From positions 1 through 58,586 of IMG/VR virus record IMGVR_UViG_3300036770_003690: a stretch of DNA of 58,586 nt. One strand, 5' to 3'. This document shows, piece after piece, positions 28,201 to 37,797 of the stretch. The DNA is from a virus. Its lineage: Duplodnaviria; Caudoviricetes. The notes beneath the pieces were generated by a model. It saw only the letters and a program-made list of their open reading frames with translations, did no database searches and was not told the DNA's origin. A program made the position numbers and the translations under genes. Numbering within the stretch: the stretch's first letter is position 1; every line of letters begins with the position of its first letter.

Positions 28201-31200
28201 GCTGTGTCCCTCTTACACTTATCCATTACAGCAGCAAAGTCGAACGCAGAGAATGCTGGTTCATTAACAGCATCGGTAAATGCTAGTCCAACAATAACAT
28301 CCTTATTGAGTTGAATTAGACGATAAGCATCATAGAATCTTGATCTTTCGTTCTCTTCCGCATCACCTGGGAAGAAGAATGTATCATAAGCATCATATCC
28401 AACAGCAATCTCACCGATAGATCTATCAATGATTTCTTGTCTGTTCTGCTGAATGAGACGGTATGAATCGAAGAATCTATACTGCTCATCATCTCTTTCA
28501 TCAAATCCTGGGTTGATTGTTGGTAGTGAAGTTGTAGTTCCAAGACCAACAGCAACGGTAGCAATTCCTACGAGGTTCTCAATGAGTGCCTGAACATCAG
28601 CACAGGATTCTGGGCTTCTGTTATCATCAGTGAGATAATCTGGAGAAATTGTAAGATCTTGTGAATTGAGTTGGTTAGTTACTGCTGCTCTGGAGAGATC
28701 TCCAAAAGCAGTAAATGCGGTAACTGATTCTGATTCTTCACCGAGGAGACCATCAGAAATTGGGTTTCCAAGGGCATCGAAGTAGCTTAGAGCAAATCCT
28801 ACGGTATTCTTGTTTCCACCAGTCCATACGTCCTCTGCGAGGGCAAAGTGGAGGAATCCAAGGTCTCTAGCACACTTGAATCCACCTGGGGAACTGGTAG
28901 TTCCGATACCTGACTGGTTAAAGTATCCTTCATTTACAGCAGGTAGATTTGTGGTAGTTCCAAGTCCAACAGCAGTTGTGGTAATACCGATGAGGTTATC
29001 AATTTCATCCTGAACATCTTGGCAAGCATTAGGATTACCAGAGAGTAGAACAGGTTCTGAAGTTCCTACACCAGCATAAACTGCTGTACCTGAAGAAATG
29101 CCTACATCCTTACGGTTTAGTTGGTTAGTAATTGCCTTCTTAGCATAATCTCCAGCAGCACCGAATGCTACAACTGAAGGTGCTTCTTCTCCAAGTAATC
29201 CTTCAGCAGTTGGATTACCATTCTCATCAAAGTAGAAGAGTGAGAAGTCAACTGAGTAACTGTTACCACCAGTAAATACGTCAGTAGCAACGGCATCTAC
29301 CAAGTATCCAAGGTCTCTAGCACACTTAACACCACCTGGGGAAGTTGTTCCGAGACTGATTGTATTGAGAGTTAACTTGGTGAATGGATCAGTGTTGATT
29401 ACGAAGTTACCAAGATTGAGTGAAGAACCTGATGGTAGAGTTGTAGTGGTTCCAAGACCAACAGCAACGGTTACGATACCAACAAGGTTTTCAATGTTTG
29501 CCTGAACGTCGATACAAGCATTAGGATTACCAGACTTAAGAACTGGGATTGAAGTTCCTGCTCCAGCATATGATGCCTTACCTGAAGAAATTCCTACGTC
29601 CTTAGCATTGAGTTGGTTAGTTACTGCTCTCTGCATATAATCAGCAGCAGCAGAGAAGGCAACAAGTGATTGTGCCTCTTCACCAACTAATCCATTAGAG
29701 ATTGGAATACCAGCACCATCGAAGTATTGGAGAACAAACTCTCTTGCATAGCTGTTACCACCAACGAATACGTCAGTAGATACGGCATCTACAAGGAAAC
29801 CAATGTCTCTAGCACACTTAAATCCCCCTGGGGAACTTGTAGTTCCAACACCAGATTGTGCGAAGTATCCAAGGTTAATATCTGAAGTTACATCTCCAGC
29901 AGTGGCCTCAGTTCCAAGTCCGACAACTGAAGTAACAATACCGATAAGTGTATCAATGTTATCTTGAACGTCAAGGCAAGCAGCAGCATTTCCTGAAGGA
30001 AGAACTGGGATTGAAGATCCTGCTCCAGCATATGATGCCTTACCTGAAGAAATACCTACATCCTTAACATAAAGTTGGTTGGTAATCGCATCCTTCATAT
30101 ACTCACCAGCAGCAACGAATGCTGTGAATGAAGGACCTTCTTCTTCATAAAGACCGTCAGAGATTGGATTACCATTCTCATCAAAGTACTGAAGAATGAA
30201 TTCTCTTGAGTAGTTATTACCACCAGTGAATACGTCAGTAGAAACAGCATCTACAAGGAAACCTACGTCTCTAGCACACTTAATTCCACCTGGAGAATAA
30301 GTGCTAACTCCAAGAGTAAGATTAAACTCACCTACATCAAGAGTATTTGTTTGTGATGGTAGGAATCCGATAGTTCCGAGTCCAACAGCAACAGTAACGA
30401 TACCTACAAGAGTATCAATACTATCCTGAACATCAAGGCAAGCAGAGGCATTTCCTGATCTGAGAACTGGAACTGAAGTACCAGCACCAGCATAGTATGC
30501 CTTACCTGAAGAAATGCCAACATCCTTATTAAAGAGTTGGTTGGTAATCGCATCCTTCATATATTCACCAGCACTTTCAAATGCTACAATAGAAGGACCT
30601 TCTTCACCGAGAAGACCATTAATAATTGGAGCAGCATTTTCAAAATACTGAAGTGCAAATCCATCTGAATAGTAGTTACCTGCGGTAAACAAGTCAGTTG
30701 AAATTGCATCAATGAAGAATCCAAGATCTCTTGCACACTTAAATCCACCTGGGGAACTAGTAGTTCCAACACCAGCAATTGATGGACTAAAGTAACCATA
30801 ATTAATTTCTAAAGTTACATCAGCAGCAGTAGCAGTGGTTCCAAGACCAACAACTGAAGTAACAATTCCAATCAGAGTATCAATGTTATCTTGAACGTCA
30901 AGGCAAGAAGCAGCATTACCTGAAGGAAGAACAGCAATGGAAGTACCAGCACCAGCATAGTATGCCTTACCTGAAGAAATACCTACATCTTTGGTGTTAA
31001 GTTGGTTGGTAATCGCATCCTTCATTAATTCACCAGCAGTGATGAATCCATAAAGGGATTGAAGTTCTTCTTCATAAAGACCTTCAAGAATTGGTTCACC
31101 AGTTCCATCATCAAAGTATTCAAGAATAAATTCTCTTGAATATACATTACCACCAGTAAATATGTCAGTGGAAACAGAGTCTACAAGGAAACCAATGTCT

Positions 31201-34013
31201 CTAGCACACTTGAATCCACCAGGAGTGCTAGTAGTTCCAATTCCTGTCTGAGCAAAGAATCCTACGTTTCTTGTAGAAGCAAAGTTTGCAGTAGTTTCAT
31301 TAGTAATAGCAGTTGTAACAATTGCTACGAGGTTCTCAATGTTTGTCTGAACGTCAGCACAAGCAGCAGTATCAGTATTTGAAGAAGCACCAGTAGAAGT
31401 AGTAATACCCAAATCTTTAACAGTAAGATTATTGGTGATTGCCAACTTCATTCTGTCTCTAGCATAATTAAATGCGTAAACAGATTGTACTTCTTCACCT
31501 TCAATTGAAGTTGAAGTAATTGATCCATTTGCAAAATACTGAAGAGTAAAGTCTTGTGCGTAAGAGTTACCACCAGTAAGAATATCTGTTGAGATTGCAT
31601 CAATGAAGAAACCAAGGTCTCTCCTACACTTAACTTCAGCAAAGTTTAGTGAAGCACCAAAGTTATTTCTAGTAGCAGTCCAAGTCTCATTTACAATCTG
31701 CTCTTTGTTCTTCTGAATCAGACGATAAGCATCGTAGTATCTTGATCTTGCGTTAGTTACTTCATCTCCGGGGAATACCCAATCAGTTGGATATTGATCG
31801 TAATTAAGAACAATACCACCGATAGACTTATCAATAATCTCTTGTCTATTCTGTTGAATTAGACGATATGAATCATAGAATCTTGATCTCTCATTGGTTT
31901 GAGCATCATCTGGGAAGTAGAAATCAGGATATGAAATTGAAATAGAAGCAAGTGACTTGTCAATAATCTCTTGTCTATTTTGTTGGATTAGACGGTATGA
32001 GTCGTAGAATCTTGATCTTGCTGTAGTCTGGTCATCTCCAGGGAAGAAGAAGTCTGGGTTATCAATCGCAATCGCAGCAAGTGACTTATCTACGATTTCT
32101 TGCTTGTTTAACTGAATGAGACGATATGAATCAAAGAATCTTGATCTTTCATTAGTCTCCTCATCACCTGGGAAGAAGAATTGATCATAGTTAAGAGCAA
32201 TCGCAGCAAGTGATTTATCAACAACTTCTTGCTTGTTTTGATTAATTAAACGATAAGCATCATAGAATCTTGATCTTGGGTTAGTTTCTTGATCACCTGG
32301 GAAGAAGAAATCTGGATATAAATCATAGTTAAGTGAGATAGCAGCAAGTGACTTATCTACAATTTCTTGCTTGTTCTCAAGAATTAAACGGTATGAATCA
32401 AAGAATCTTGATCTCTCATTGGTTTGAGCATCATCTGGGAAGTAGAAATCAGGGTGATATAAAGAAATAGTGGCAAGTGATTTATCAATTAACTCATCCT
32501 TATTAGCATTAATTAGATTGTATGAATCTTTGAATCTATTTCTGCTTGAATCTGGGAAGTAGAAATCGGGATGATCAATTGAAATAGAAGCAAGTGAACG
32601 GTCAATGATTTCCTGTCTGTTCTGCTGAATCAGTCTGTAAGAATCAAAGAATCTTGATCTTGCGTTTGTTTGCTGATCATTTGGGAAATAGAAATCAGGA
32701 TGATCTACAGCAATTTGAGCAAGTGAACGGTCAATGATTTCTTGCTTATTCTGCTGAATTAGTCTATATGAATCATAGAATCTTGAAGATGAATTAGTCT
32801 GATCTTCTCCAGGGAAGAAAAAGTCTGGATGATTAAAGGCAATAGCAGCAAGTGACTTATCAAGAATCTCTGTTCTGTTTGCCTGAATAGATTCACTTGC
32901 ATCTACATATCTTCCAGGAGCAACAGTTCTTGCTTCAAATACATATCCATAATTACCTGAAGGATATTCTAATTCTATAACACCACCATCAGAATCACAA
33001 GTAAATCCAAGACCGGCAATGGTAACACCCATCCCGACAACTAATTCATGTGCTCTATCTAATACAAAAGTTGCAATTCCAGTAACATGATCATATGAAG
33101 CATCAACTACGTTCATTATAGGAGCATTTGCTTCTAAATTAATTCTTACAGTTGAAGCATCTGTCCCAGCATTTGCAGTAACAATACCAACATACTTAAG
33201 ACCTGATACACCATCGGCAACTAGTCCAAAGTCACCGAATGATGAGTTTGAGTTGGTAAGGTCGCAACCACCACCAGAATCACATCTAACACCAGTTCCA
33301 CTACAGATAGTGAAGAGTGATACGAGCTGAGCATATGCTCCATTGAACATATATGCTCCAATACCACCTGGATTAATTTGAGTATAGGAGTCAAGAACCA
33401 TTGACTTGATAGGACCAATGGCATGTTTTCCGTTAATATTAAGACCAATACTTCCTGGAATAAAGTTAGTGCAGTTCTGAATATAAGGTGATTGATCAAT
33501 ATATGGAACTACTTCAGGGTTAAATGTTACAATTGCTGCTCCTGGAGCTGCTGGTCCAATGAAGGACATTTCAGCAATATAGCATCCATTGTCCAACCAA
33601 AATAGGTCTGTTTTATTCTTAGGAGTTACAGTTACTTCTCTAAGACTATCTCCTACAACAGAAACGTTATTTGGAAGTACAATTGGGTTATCTTCTAGAT
33701 AAACTCCAGCACTAATTTTAATAACTGTTCCTGGGACAGACTCTGCGACGGCAGCTTTAATGGTTCTTTTTGCGTCTCCGAGCTTTTTGCCTGTGTTGTT
33801 GTCGTTACCATCTTGTGTTACATATAGAACATTTATTACTGTTGCTCCAGCACCGACCCTTATAATGTCAGTACCAATTCCTGGCCTTTCTCTGGCCATA
33901 TAGACTTCACCATCAAACGTATTGATGGCTATTTCGCCTAAAGGAAGATCTGATACAGTTGGAATCTTATTTGGAACTGATGATCTCTTAAATCTAATCT
34001 TAGGACTTGCCAT
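25236..34013 (-). CDS. 2925-aa virion structural protein with beta-helix-like region and 12 split repeat domains
   Basis: IRFKRS...GEIAINTFDG anchor; YVTQDGNDNN..G..RTIKAA; SPYIQNCT; 12 RFxDxYRLI-type and 12 KCxRD-type repeats; late-type TAAATA upstream. Confidence 0.8.
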   Translation of the reverse strand: MASPKIRFKRSSVPNKIPTVSDLPLGEIAINTFDGEVYMARERPGIGTDIIRVGAGATVINVLYVTQDGNDNNTGKKLGDAKRTIKAAVAESVPGTVIKISAGVYLEDNPIVLPNNVSVVGDSLREVTVTPKNKTDLFWLDNGCYIAEMSFIGPAAPGAAIVTFNPEVVPYIDQSPYIQNCTNFIPGSIGLNINGKHAIGPIKSMVLDSYTQINPGGIGAYMFNGAYAQLVSLFTICSGTGVRCDSGGGCDLTNSNSSFGDFGLVADGVSGLKYVGIVTANAGTDASTVRINLEANAPIMNVVDASYDHVTGIATFVLDRAHELVVGMGVTIAGLGFTCDSDGGVIELEYPSGNYGYVFEARTVAPGRYVDASESIQANRTEILDKSLAAIAFNHPDFFFPGEDQTNSSSRFYDSYRLIQQNKQEIIDRSLAQIAVDHPDFYFPNDQQTNARSRFFDSYRLIQQNRQEIIDRSLASISIDHPDFYFPDSSRNRFKDSYNLINANKDELIDKSLATISLYHPDFYFPDDAQTNERSRFFDSYRLILENKQEIVDKSLAAISLNYDLYPDFFFPGDQETNPRSRFYDAYRLINQNKQEVVDKSLAAIALNYDQFFFPGDEETNERSRFFDSYRLIQLNKQEIVDKSLAAIAIDNPDFFFPGDDQTTARSRFYDSYRLIQQNRQEIIDKSLASISISYPDFYFPDDAQTNERSRFYDSYRLIQQNRQEIIDKSIGGIVLNYDQYPTDWVFPGDEVTNARSRYYDAYRLIQKNKEQIVNETWTATRNNFGASLNFAEVKCRRDLGFFIDAISTDILTGGNSYAQDFTLQYFANGSITSTSIEGEEVQSVYAFNYARDRMKLAITNNLTVKDLGITTSTGASSNTDTAACADVQTNIENLVAIVTTAITNETTANFASTRNVGFFAQTGIGTTSTPGGFKCARDIGFLVDSVSTDIFTGGNVYSREFILEYFDDGTGEPILEGLYEEELQSLYGFITAGELMKDAITNQLNTKDVGISSGKAYYAGAGTSIAVLPSGNAASCLDVQDNIDTLIGIVTSVVGLGTTATAADVTLEINYGYFSPSIAGVGTTSSPGGFKCARDLGFFIDAISTDLFTAGNYYSDGFALQYFENAAPIINGLLGEEGPSIVAFESAGEYMKDAITNQLFNKDVGISSGKAYYAGAGTSVPVLRSGNASACLDVQDSIDTLVGIVTVAVGLGTIGFLPSQTNTLDVGEFNLTLGVSTYSPGGIKCARDVGFLVDAVSTDVFTGGNNYSREFILQYFDENGNPISDGLYEEEGPSFTAFVAAGEYMKDAITNQLYVKDVGISSGKASYAGAGSSIPVLPSGNAAACLDVQDNIDTLIGIVTSVVGLGTEATAGDVTSDINLGYFAQSGVGTTSSPGGFKCARDIGFLVDAVSTDVFVGGNSYAREFVLQYFDGAGIPISNGLVGEEAQSLVAFSAAADYMQRAVTNQLNAKDVGISSGKASYAGAGTSIPVLKSGNPNACIDVQANIENLVGIVTVAVGLGTTTTLPSGSSLNLGNFVINTDPFTKLTLNTISLGTTSPGGVKCARDLGYLVDAVATDVFTGGNSYSVDFSLFYFDENGNPTAEGLLGEEAPSVVAFGAAGDYAKKAITNQLNRKDVGISSGTAVYAGVGTSEPVLLSGNPNACQDVQDEIDNLIGITTTAVGLGTTTNLPAVNEGYFNQSGIGTTSSPGGFKCARDLGFLHFALAEDVWTGGNKNTVGFALSYFDALGNPISDGLLGEESESVTAFTAFGDLSRAAVTNQLNSQDLTISPDYLTDDNRSPESCADVQALIENLVGIATVAVGLGTTTSLPTINPGFDERDDEQYRFFDSYRLIQQNRQEIIDRSIGEIAVGYDAYDTFFFPGDAEENERSRFYDAYRLIQLNKDVIVGLAFTDAVNEPAFSAFDFAAVMDKCKRDTAFFIDAISLDALTGGNTYSREFTFQYFEGGSLITNGLDGEINESIFVFEAATGYMKNAITNSLVGAAYSDLTISIGGTYYNVGSDVPNTDPTACLDIQDNLDTLAGIVTVALGAGSTASLPSVTDGYFSQSVGLGTTNTPGGYKCARDVGFFIDAVSTDIFIAGNKYSQEYTLQYFDNSGAIYIDGDEVHPTVIGLVGAGEFMKDALTNQLYRKDVGISSGKAYYAGAGTSIPVLPSGNEASCLDVQDEVDNLVGIVTVALGAGSTASFSGLEYNTGIFDRTSGIGTTENPGGYKCARDLGFLVDAVSTDVFTGGNVYSRGFSEQYYNADGTPIRGGLAGEELPSLTAFESSTGLMQKAITNQLYRKDLTLSFGPSSFGGVGIVTYNASGNAETCLDVQGNIETLVGIITTVIGAGNTAALYDGSIGISSGFFYQTLGEFNQTVGFGTTAGDLVGLGTTSSPGGYKCARDIGYLVDAVSTDVFVGGNTYSIEFAKQYFDEQGNPIAPGLDVERAESVTAFDAAGDYMKRALTNQLYAKDLTLSFGPAVYGASTPDIVYNRSGNAETCQDVQDFVDNRVGIITSVIGIGTLTALDGVTVNVGGFLDQEAKCRRDIGYFVDAVSKDLENFTNANTIEATNYYFDAFGNPLSDALVGEEAETVTAFRASGDYMQLAINNQLNNKNFSLVEDPLTGSNNSPEGCQNVQDTIDSLIGIATEAIIAGTATTVAVSAASTFFTANVGAGPFPHYYTSGGTVQINAVRPFDGQVAVFDKLYYQVNKINVTNGGSGYTDTPEVTLGGPTTDWGVPAQAIATVEDGRVVSVEVVSSGRGFIVPPTVSISAPPSGGTQARVTVEMAPVYYTVSKATLPSAGVSTVTFDTQIPYEVTEGMPVYFYKQSRILAAGISFEFIGAGTDVKGALPQNGGVTKPENQTISVNGGLVVYTSTDQSGNFKIGDGLIINQNTGTISGTSYSKSLFSTLTPFILALGGE

Positions 34014-34063
34014 TAATCCCTTAAGTAATTTTTCTCGTTGATATTATTTATCAAATAAATGCT

Positions 34064-34576
34064 TCAAAGCCCGTAGGCACCGCAGTCAATAGAAATATTT
34101 GTCAGTAATCTTTCACCATCTTCACAATCAATTACTTGTGATTGTCCTGCACAATCATTTATCCAAAGTGCTCCAACTTCTAAAGCAGCATATGCTTCCG
34201 CAACGACACTATTTCCCACCAAAGATGCTTGCCTTACAAACTTCATTCTATCATCATCATTATCATAATACATTGCTGCTTTTTCCGCAGAACTAGTAGC
34301 AGTGTCAAAATAATTTAATACAATACCAACGTCATTACCTAAATCAGCAGAAGGAGGTACTAATTCATTAGTTTCTGGATCTATGACTAATCCAAGTTCA
34401 ATTAATGGATCTCTTAAAGTAAAGGATTCTGAATCAACCAAAAATCTTCCACCATCAACAAATAAATCACCTGTAATATTAGCATTTCCAATAACTGTTA
34501 ATACAGTTTCAAAATCAGTGTAGTCTCTTACACCAATAGTTAGTTCCCTTTGAGTAGGACTTAAATACTTTGCCAT
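34064..34576 (-). CDS. Virion-associated protein
   Basis: 170 aa; N-terminus paralogous to 22372-24492. Confidence 0.7.
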   Translation of the reverse strand: MAKYLSPTQRELTIGVRDYTDFETVLTVIGNANITGDLFVDGGRFLVDSESFTLRDPLIELGLVIDPETNELVPPSADLGNDVGIVLNYFDTATSSAEKAAMYYDNDDDRMKFVRQASLVGNSVVAEAYAALEVGALWINDCAGQSQVIDCEDGERLLTNISIDCGAYGL

Positions 34577-34621
34577 CTTTTCTACAGGAAAGTGTTTTTA
34601 TTTCTAGATATTATTTAGGTA

Positions 34622-35413
34622 TTAATATTCGCCAGCATCAACATCGATTCTATTATCAAGATCTTCATCAAGTTGATCAAGGAATTCATTTGGCAATCCT
34701 TCTTCAGTCTCTTCAGTAACAGATGCTCTGAGAACTTCATCTGGGTTAACAGTTTGGTAAGTTCTAGTATCTGCATCGTACATAATCACATACTTGTCTA
34801 AGACACTTAGATCATTAACATTTGCAAGATCTCCAAGTGTTAGATTTTCCAATTCATTACTTAGTTGATTTAATGCTTCAGCAAGAGCTTCTGGTATAAG
34901 AACCTCATTTAAGTAATTTAATACATTTGCAGGAAGTCCATTTTCATCAACAGCAGAACTTAAGATTTCATCAGGATCAACTGCTTCATATTTTCCAGCA
35001 GTTTCATCATATCTTATTAAGAAAGTATCTGAAGCAGTGTCAACAGATTCTTTAACATTAGCAAGTCTACCTAATGTTAGACTATTGATATATTCGTAAA
35101 TAGCAATTACAGCATCTATTAGAGATTGTGGATTCAATACGTCATTGAGATACTCAATAAATCCTTCAGGTAATCCATTAATCAATGCATCTGATAATAA
35201 CTGATCAGGATCGAAGAATTTATATTTTTCTGAAGCAGCATCATATATCATTACATAATTATCTTGAACATTACTAGTGTCCACATCCATTAAATCTGAA
35301 AGTTTTCTTGCCATAATTATCCCTGACCTTGAGGCAACTTTAATTGGATTTTTTGATCTTCTAACTCTAGCAGAGTATGTTGGAGTTACGACTCTGACAT
35401 TGATTGGTGCCAT
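34622..35413 (-). CDS. Acidic protein with three internal repeats, probably virion-associated
   Basis: Three copies of L.DL..V...D..V..YD....KY...DPD..L...GLP. Confidence 0.7.
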   Translation of the reverse strand: MAPINVRVVTPTYSARVRRSKNPIKVASRSGIIMARKLSDLMDVDTSNVQDNYVMIYDAASEKYKFFDPDQLLSDALINGLPEGFIEYLNDVLNPQSLIDAVIAIYEYINSLTLGRLANVKESVDTASDTFLIRYDETAGKYEAVDPDEILSSAVDENGLPANVLNYLNEVLIPEALAEALNQLSNELENLTLGDLANVNDLSVLDKYVIMYDADTRTYQTVNPDEVLRASVTEETEEGLPNEFLDQLDEDLDNRIDVDAGEY

Positions 35414-35748
35414 TATAGGGTAGTGTCCTCTACTATGATTGATCCAGTTACCACTCTGGTCCTAAAATCAAGTTCAGTATTTGTAATAAAGACATCAAAA
35501 TAAGTTCTTCCTGATGGAAGAGTAGAAGTCATAGTTCTTCCCATAGAAATAGATATTTCACCATCAGCAGTAGTTATGCCGACATTGAAATTATAAGATG
35601 TTGGTGAAGTAGGATATTTTTTTAATCTTGCTTCAGCAGTAGTATAAAGAAGGTTTAACATCCCACCATCATCACCAGTCAGATAAAAAGAAGTCTCAAA
35701 ATCAGTTCCTTTTTCTATTACTAAATTTACGACAGGAACTACAGACAT
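35413..35748 (-). CDS. Small structural protein (BppU-N/baseplate-like)
   Basis: NLVIEKGTDF...GRTYFDV...RVVTGSIIV; TATAAATA at ~35773. Confidence 0.6.
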   Translation of the reverse strand: MSVVPVVNLVIEKGTDFETSFYLTGDDGGMLNLLYTTAEARLKKYPTSPTSYNFNVGITTADGEISISMGRTMTSTLPSGRTYFDVFITNTELDFRTRVVTGSIIVEDTTL

Positions 35749-35782
35749 TTTTACTTTCTTATACTATAAAAATATTTATAAA

Positions 35783-36301
35783 TTATTGCTTATCAAATTC
35801 AAACATACCGTGTTCTGATCCCCAAATCATTTCTTTTGTTTCAGGACAATAACCTCTATCAATTACTCTATAGGTTCTTTCTCTTAATTCAGACATAGTA
35901 AAAAGAAAGGATGTTTTTCCATTCTTTTCAACAATACAATCACATCCAATTATTCTTCCGTAATAAGTATCATCTTTCTTTATGAAAATACAATCACAAC
36001 CTTCATTTTTTTCCAAGTCTTCCTCTTTAATATTTTCTATATCTTTAAAATATAAAAACTTTCCACCATCCTTTACCTTATAGCTACTAACTACAATTTT
36101 CTCATTAATTTCTTTTACCTCCAAAACGAATTGTCTATATGGAGGTTGTTTACGAACACTATACCACTGCTCACCATATATCATACCGTTCGGCAAAAGA
36201 ACGTGCTTCAGAGAAATTTGAGAATATTGTGAAGGAAAAGAAAATGCTTGTCTTCTATTGTTAAAAGAACCAAGAAGAAATTCTTTAAATTCATCAATCA
36301 T
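35783..36301 (-). CDS. cpeT: CpcT/CpeT-family phycobiliprotein lyase
   Basis: GSFNNRRQAF..P, EQWY..PYRQ, GCD, DRGY...IWGS..G.FEF; overlaps ho1. Confidence 0.85.
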   Translation of the reverse strand: MIDEFKEFLLGSFNNRRQAFSFPSQYSQISLKHVLLPNGMIYGEQWYSVRKQPPYRQFVLEVKEINEKIVVSSYKVKDGGKFLYFKDIENIKEEDLEKNEGCDCIFIKKDDTYYGRIIGCDCIVEKNGKTSFLFTMSELRERTYRVIDRGYCPETKEMIWGSEHGMFEFDKQ

Positions 36302-36995
36302 TTTCGGTACTACCTCTCCTTTGACGACTTGTTAAACTTGAAAAAAGAACTTTTCCAATTGCTGAAATTAAATTACCTTCAACTTCCTTGAATACTTTCA
36401 TATTCAATCTAAAGGCATTATTTGCTTCAGCAATAATAGAATTTATAGTCCCTTCAGTGAAAGGAAGTGAATCTAAAGTTTTTCTATAATTATCTTTGAA
36501 CTCTTTTTCATCAGGGATATCTTTAAAGATATAAAAGTTCATACCAGAATCATCTACCTTCAAAGCCGTTTGAGCAATCTTTTTGAGTACCTGACCACCA
36601 GATAAATCACCAATATATCTTGTATAGTGATGAGCAATTAAAAGTTCTGGAAATACATCAGAAACTTCTTTTATTTTACTAACATATTCCTTACAAGAAT
36701 CAGTCTGAGTAACACTTTGTTTCCATTCAGGTCCAAAATAATACTCCAAATCTTTTTCTATAGATTCTTTGCGAAAAAGTTCTGGGAAATAAATCTGACT
36801 TAAAATTGGATGCTCTTTATGTCTATCAAACTCTTCTTCCATCGCAGAGTAGACGTGATATAAGTCAGATAGCAATTTAACATAAGATTTTTTTTCAACG
36901 ACACCCTTCAGAAAGCACGTAATAAAACCAGTGTTTTCTGCCATCGTGTGAGATTTTTTTGTTCCTTCTCTTATTTGTTTTGATAAATCGGTCAT
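36294..36995 (-). CDS. ho1: Ferredoxin-dependent heme oxygenase
   Basis: REGTKKSHTMAENTGFITCFLKG, AHHYTRYIGDLSGGQ, EANNAFRLNM. Confidence 0.95.
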   Translation of the reverse strand: MTDLSKQIREGTKKSHTMAENTGFITCFLKGVVEKKSYVKLLSDLYHVYSAMEEEFDRHKEHPILSQIYFPELFRKESIEKDLEYYFGPEWKQSVTQTDSCKEYVSKIKEVSDVFPELLIAHHYTRYIGDLSGGQVLKKIAQTALKVDDSGMNFYIFKDIPDEKEFKDNYRKTLDSLPFTEGTINSIIAEANNAFRLNMKVFKEVEGNLISAIGKVLFSSLTSRQRRGSTEND

Positions 36996-37783
36996 TCTTT
37001 TGCTCCTGAAGATTCGGTTACTTTTCCAAGATATGGATTATAATCAGTAATTTGTTCAATAGTTATATTTGCTCCAGCAGTTTGCCAGAAATTAAGGATT
37101 GCATTGTAAGAATTTTTATGAAAAATATCAATATGCTCTGGGTGAATAGTAGAACCTAATTCTAATCTGTAAAGAAGTAATGGTGAAGCATAGGTGCAAC
37201 CAGAGTTATAAATTAAGTCATCAGCAACAGCTCTAGGCTTTACTCCATTATCAATCTTATATTTACCATCCCTATAATGATTCCGGATTAGTTTTTCAGC
37301 GTGGTGTCTTGTAATCACATAACAAGCAGTTGAAAAATCATTTACAAAACGATTGTGAATAGGAACAACAATATCCCCAGTACAAATAATCGCAAGTTGT
37401 AAAACATCCCAAGCATAGGGTGCTCTAGCAACTAAATCACTCCAAGTAAAGTTCCAATACTTTACGGTCTCAAGACTACAATCATCTTCCATAATTACGG
37501 CATATGGAGAGTCTGAAGTTGTATACCAATGATGGATTGCCTTTAGATGAGAAGTTACACATCCAACTTCACCAGATGACATAAGATCGGGGTATCTTCC
37601 TTTTATAATATCACTTAAATCATCTTCTCTACCATCATATGCAGAAATACGAGTATAGTTTTCTATCTCCCAGTATTTAAATTGTTCTTCCATATACTCC
37701 TTTCTTTCTGGTTGCCCATCAAGATTTAAGTAATATATTGGACCAAAATTTTTCAGTTTATACGCAGATTTATTTTTATCCAT
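36992..37783 (-). CDS. GT25-family glycosyltransferase
   Basis: YYLNLD..PER, RISAYDG, EVGCVTSHLKA, IMEDD. Confidence 0.85.
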   Translation of the reverse strand: MDKNKSAYKLKNFGPIYYLNLDGQPERKEYMEEQFKYWEIENYTRISAYDGREDDLSDIIKGRYPDLMSSGEVGCVTSHLKAIHHWYTTSDSPYAVIMEDDCSLETVKYWNFTWSDLVARAPYAWDVLQLAIICTGDIVVPIHNRFVNDFSTACYVITRHHAEKLIRNHYRDGKYKIDNGVKPRAVADDLIYNSGCTYASPLLLYRLELGSTIHPEHIDIFHKNSYNAILNFWQTAGANITIEQITDYNPYLGKVTESSGAKE

Positions 37784-37797
37784 AATATTTCATTAAT

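Noticed and set aside
36992-37783. GT25 acting as a hydroxylysine collagen galactosyltransferase on the fibre
   Set aside because: The collagen tracts lack Lys and no lysyl hydroxylase is evident in the window
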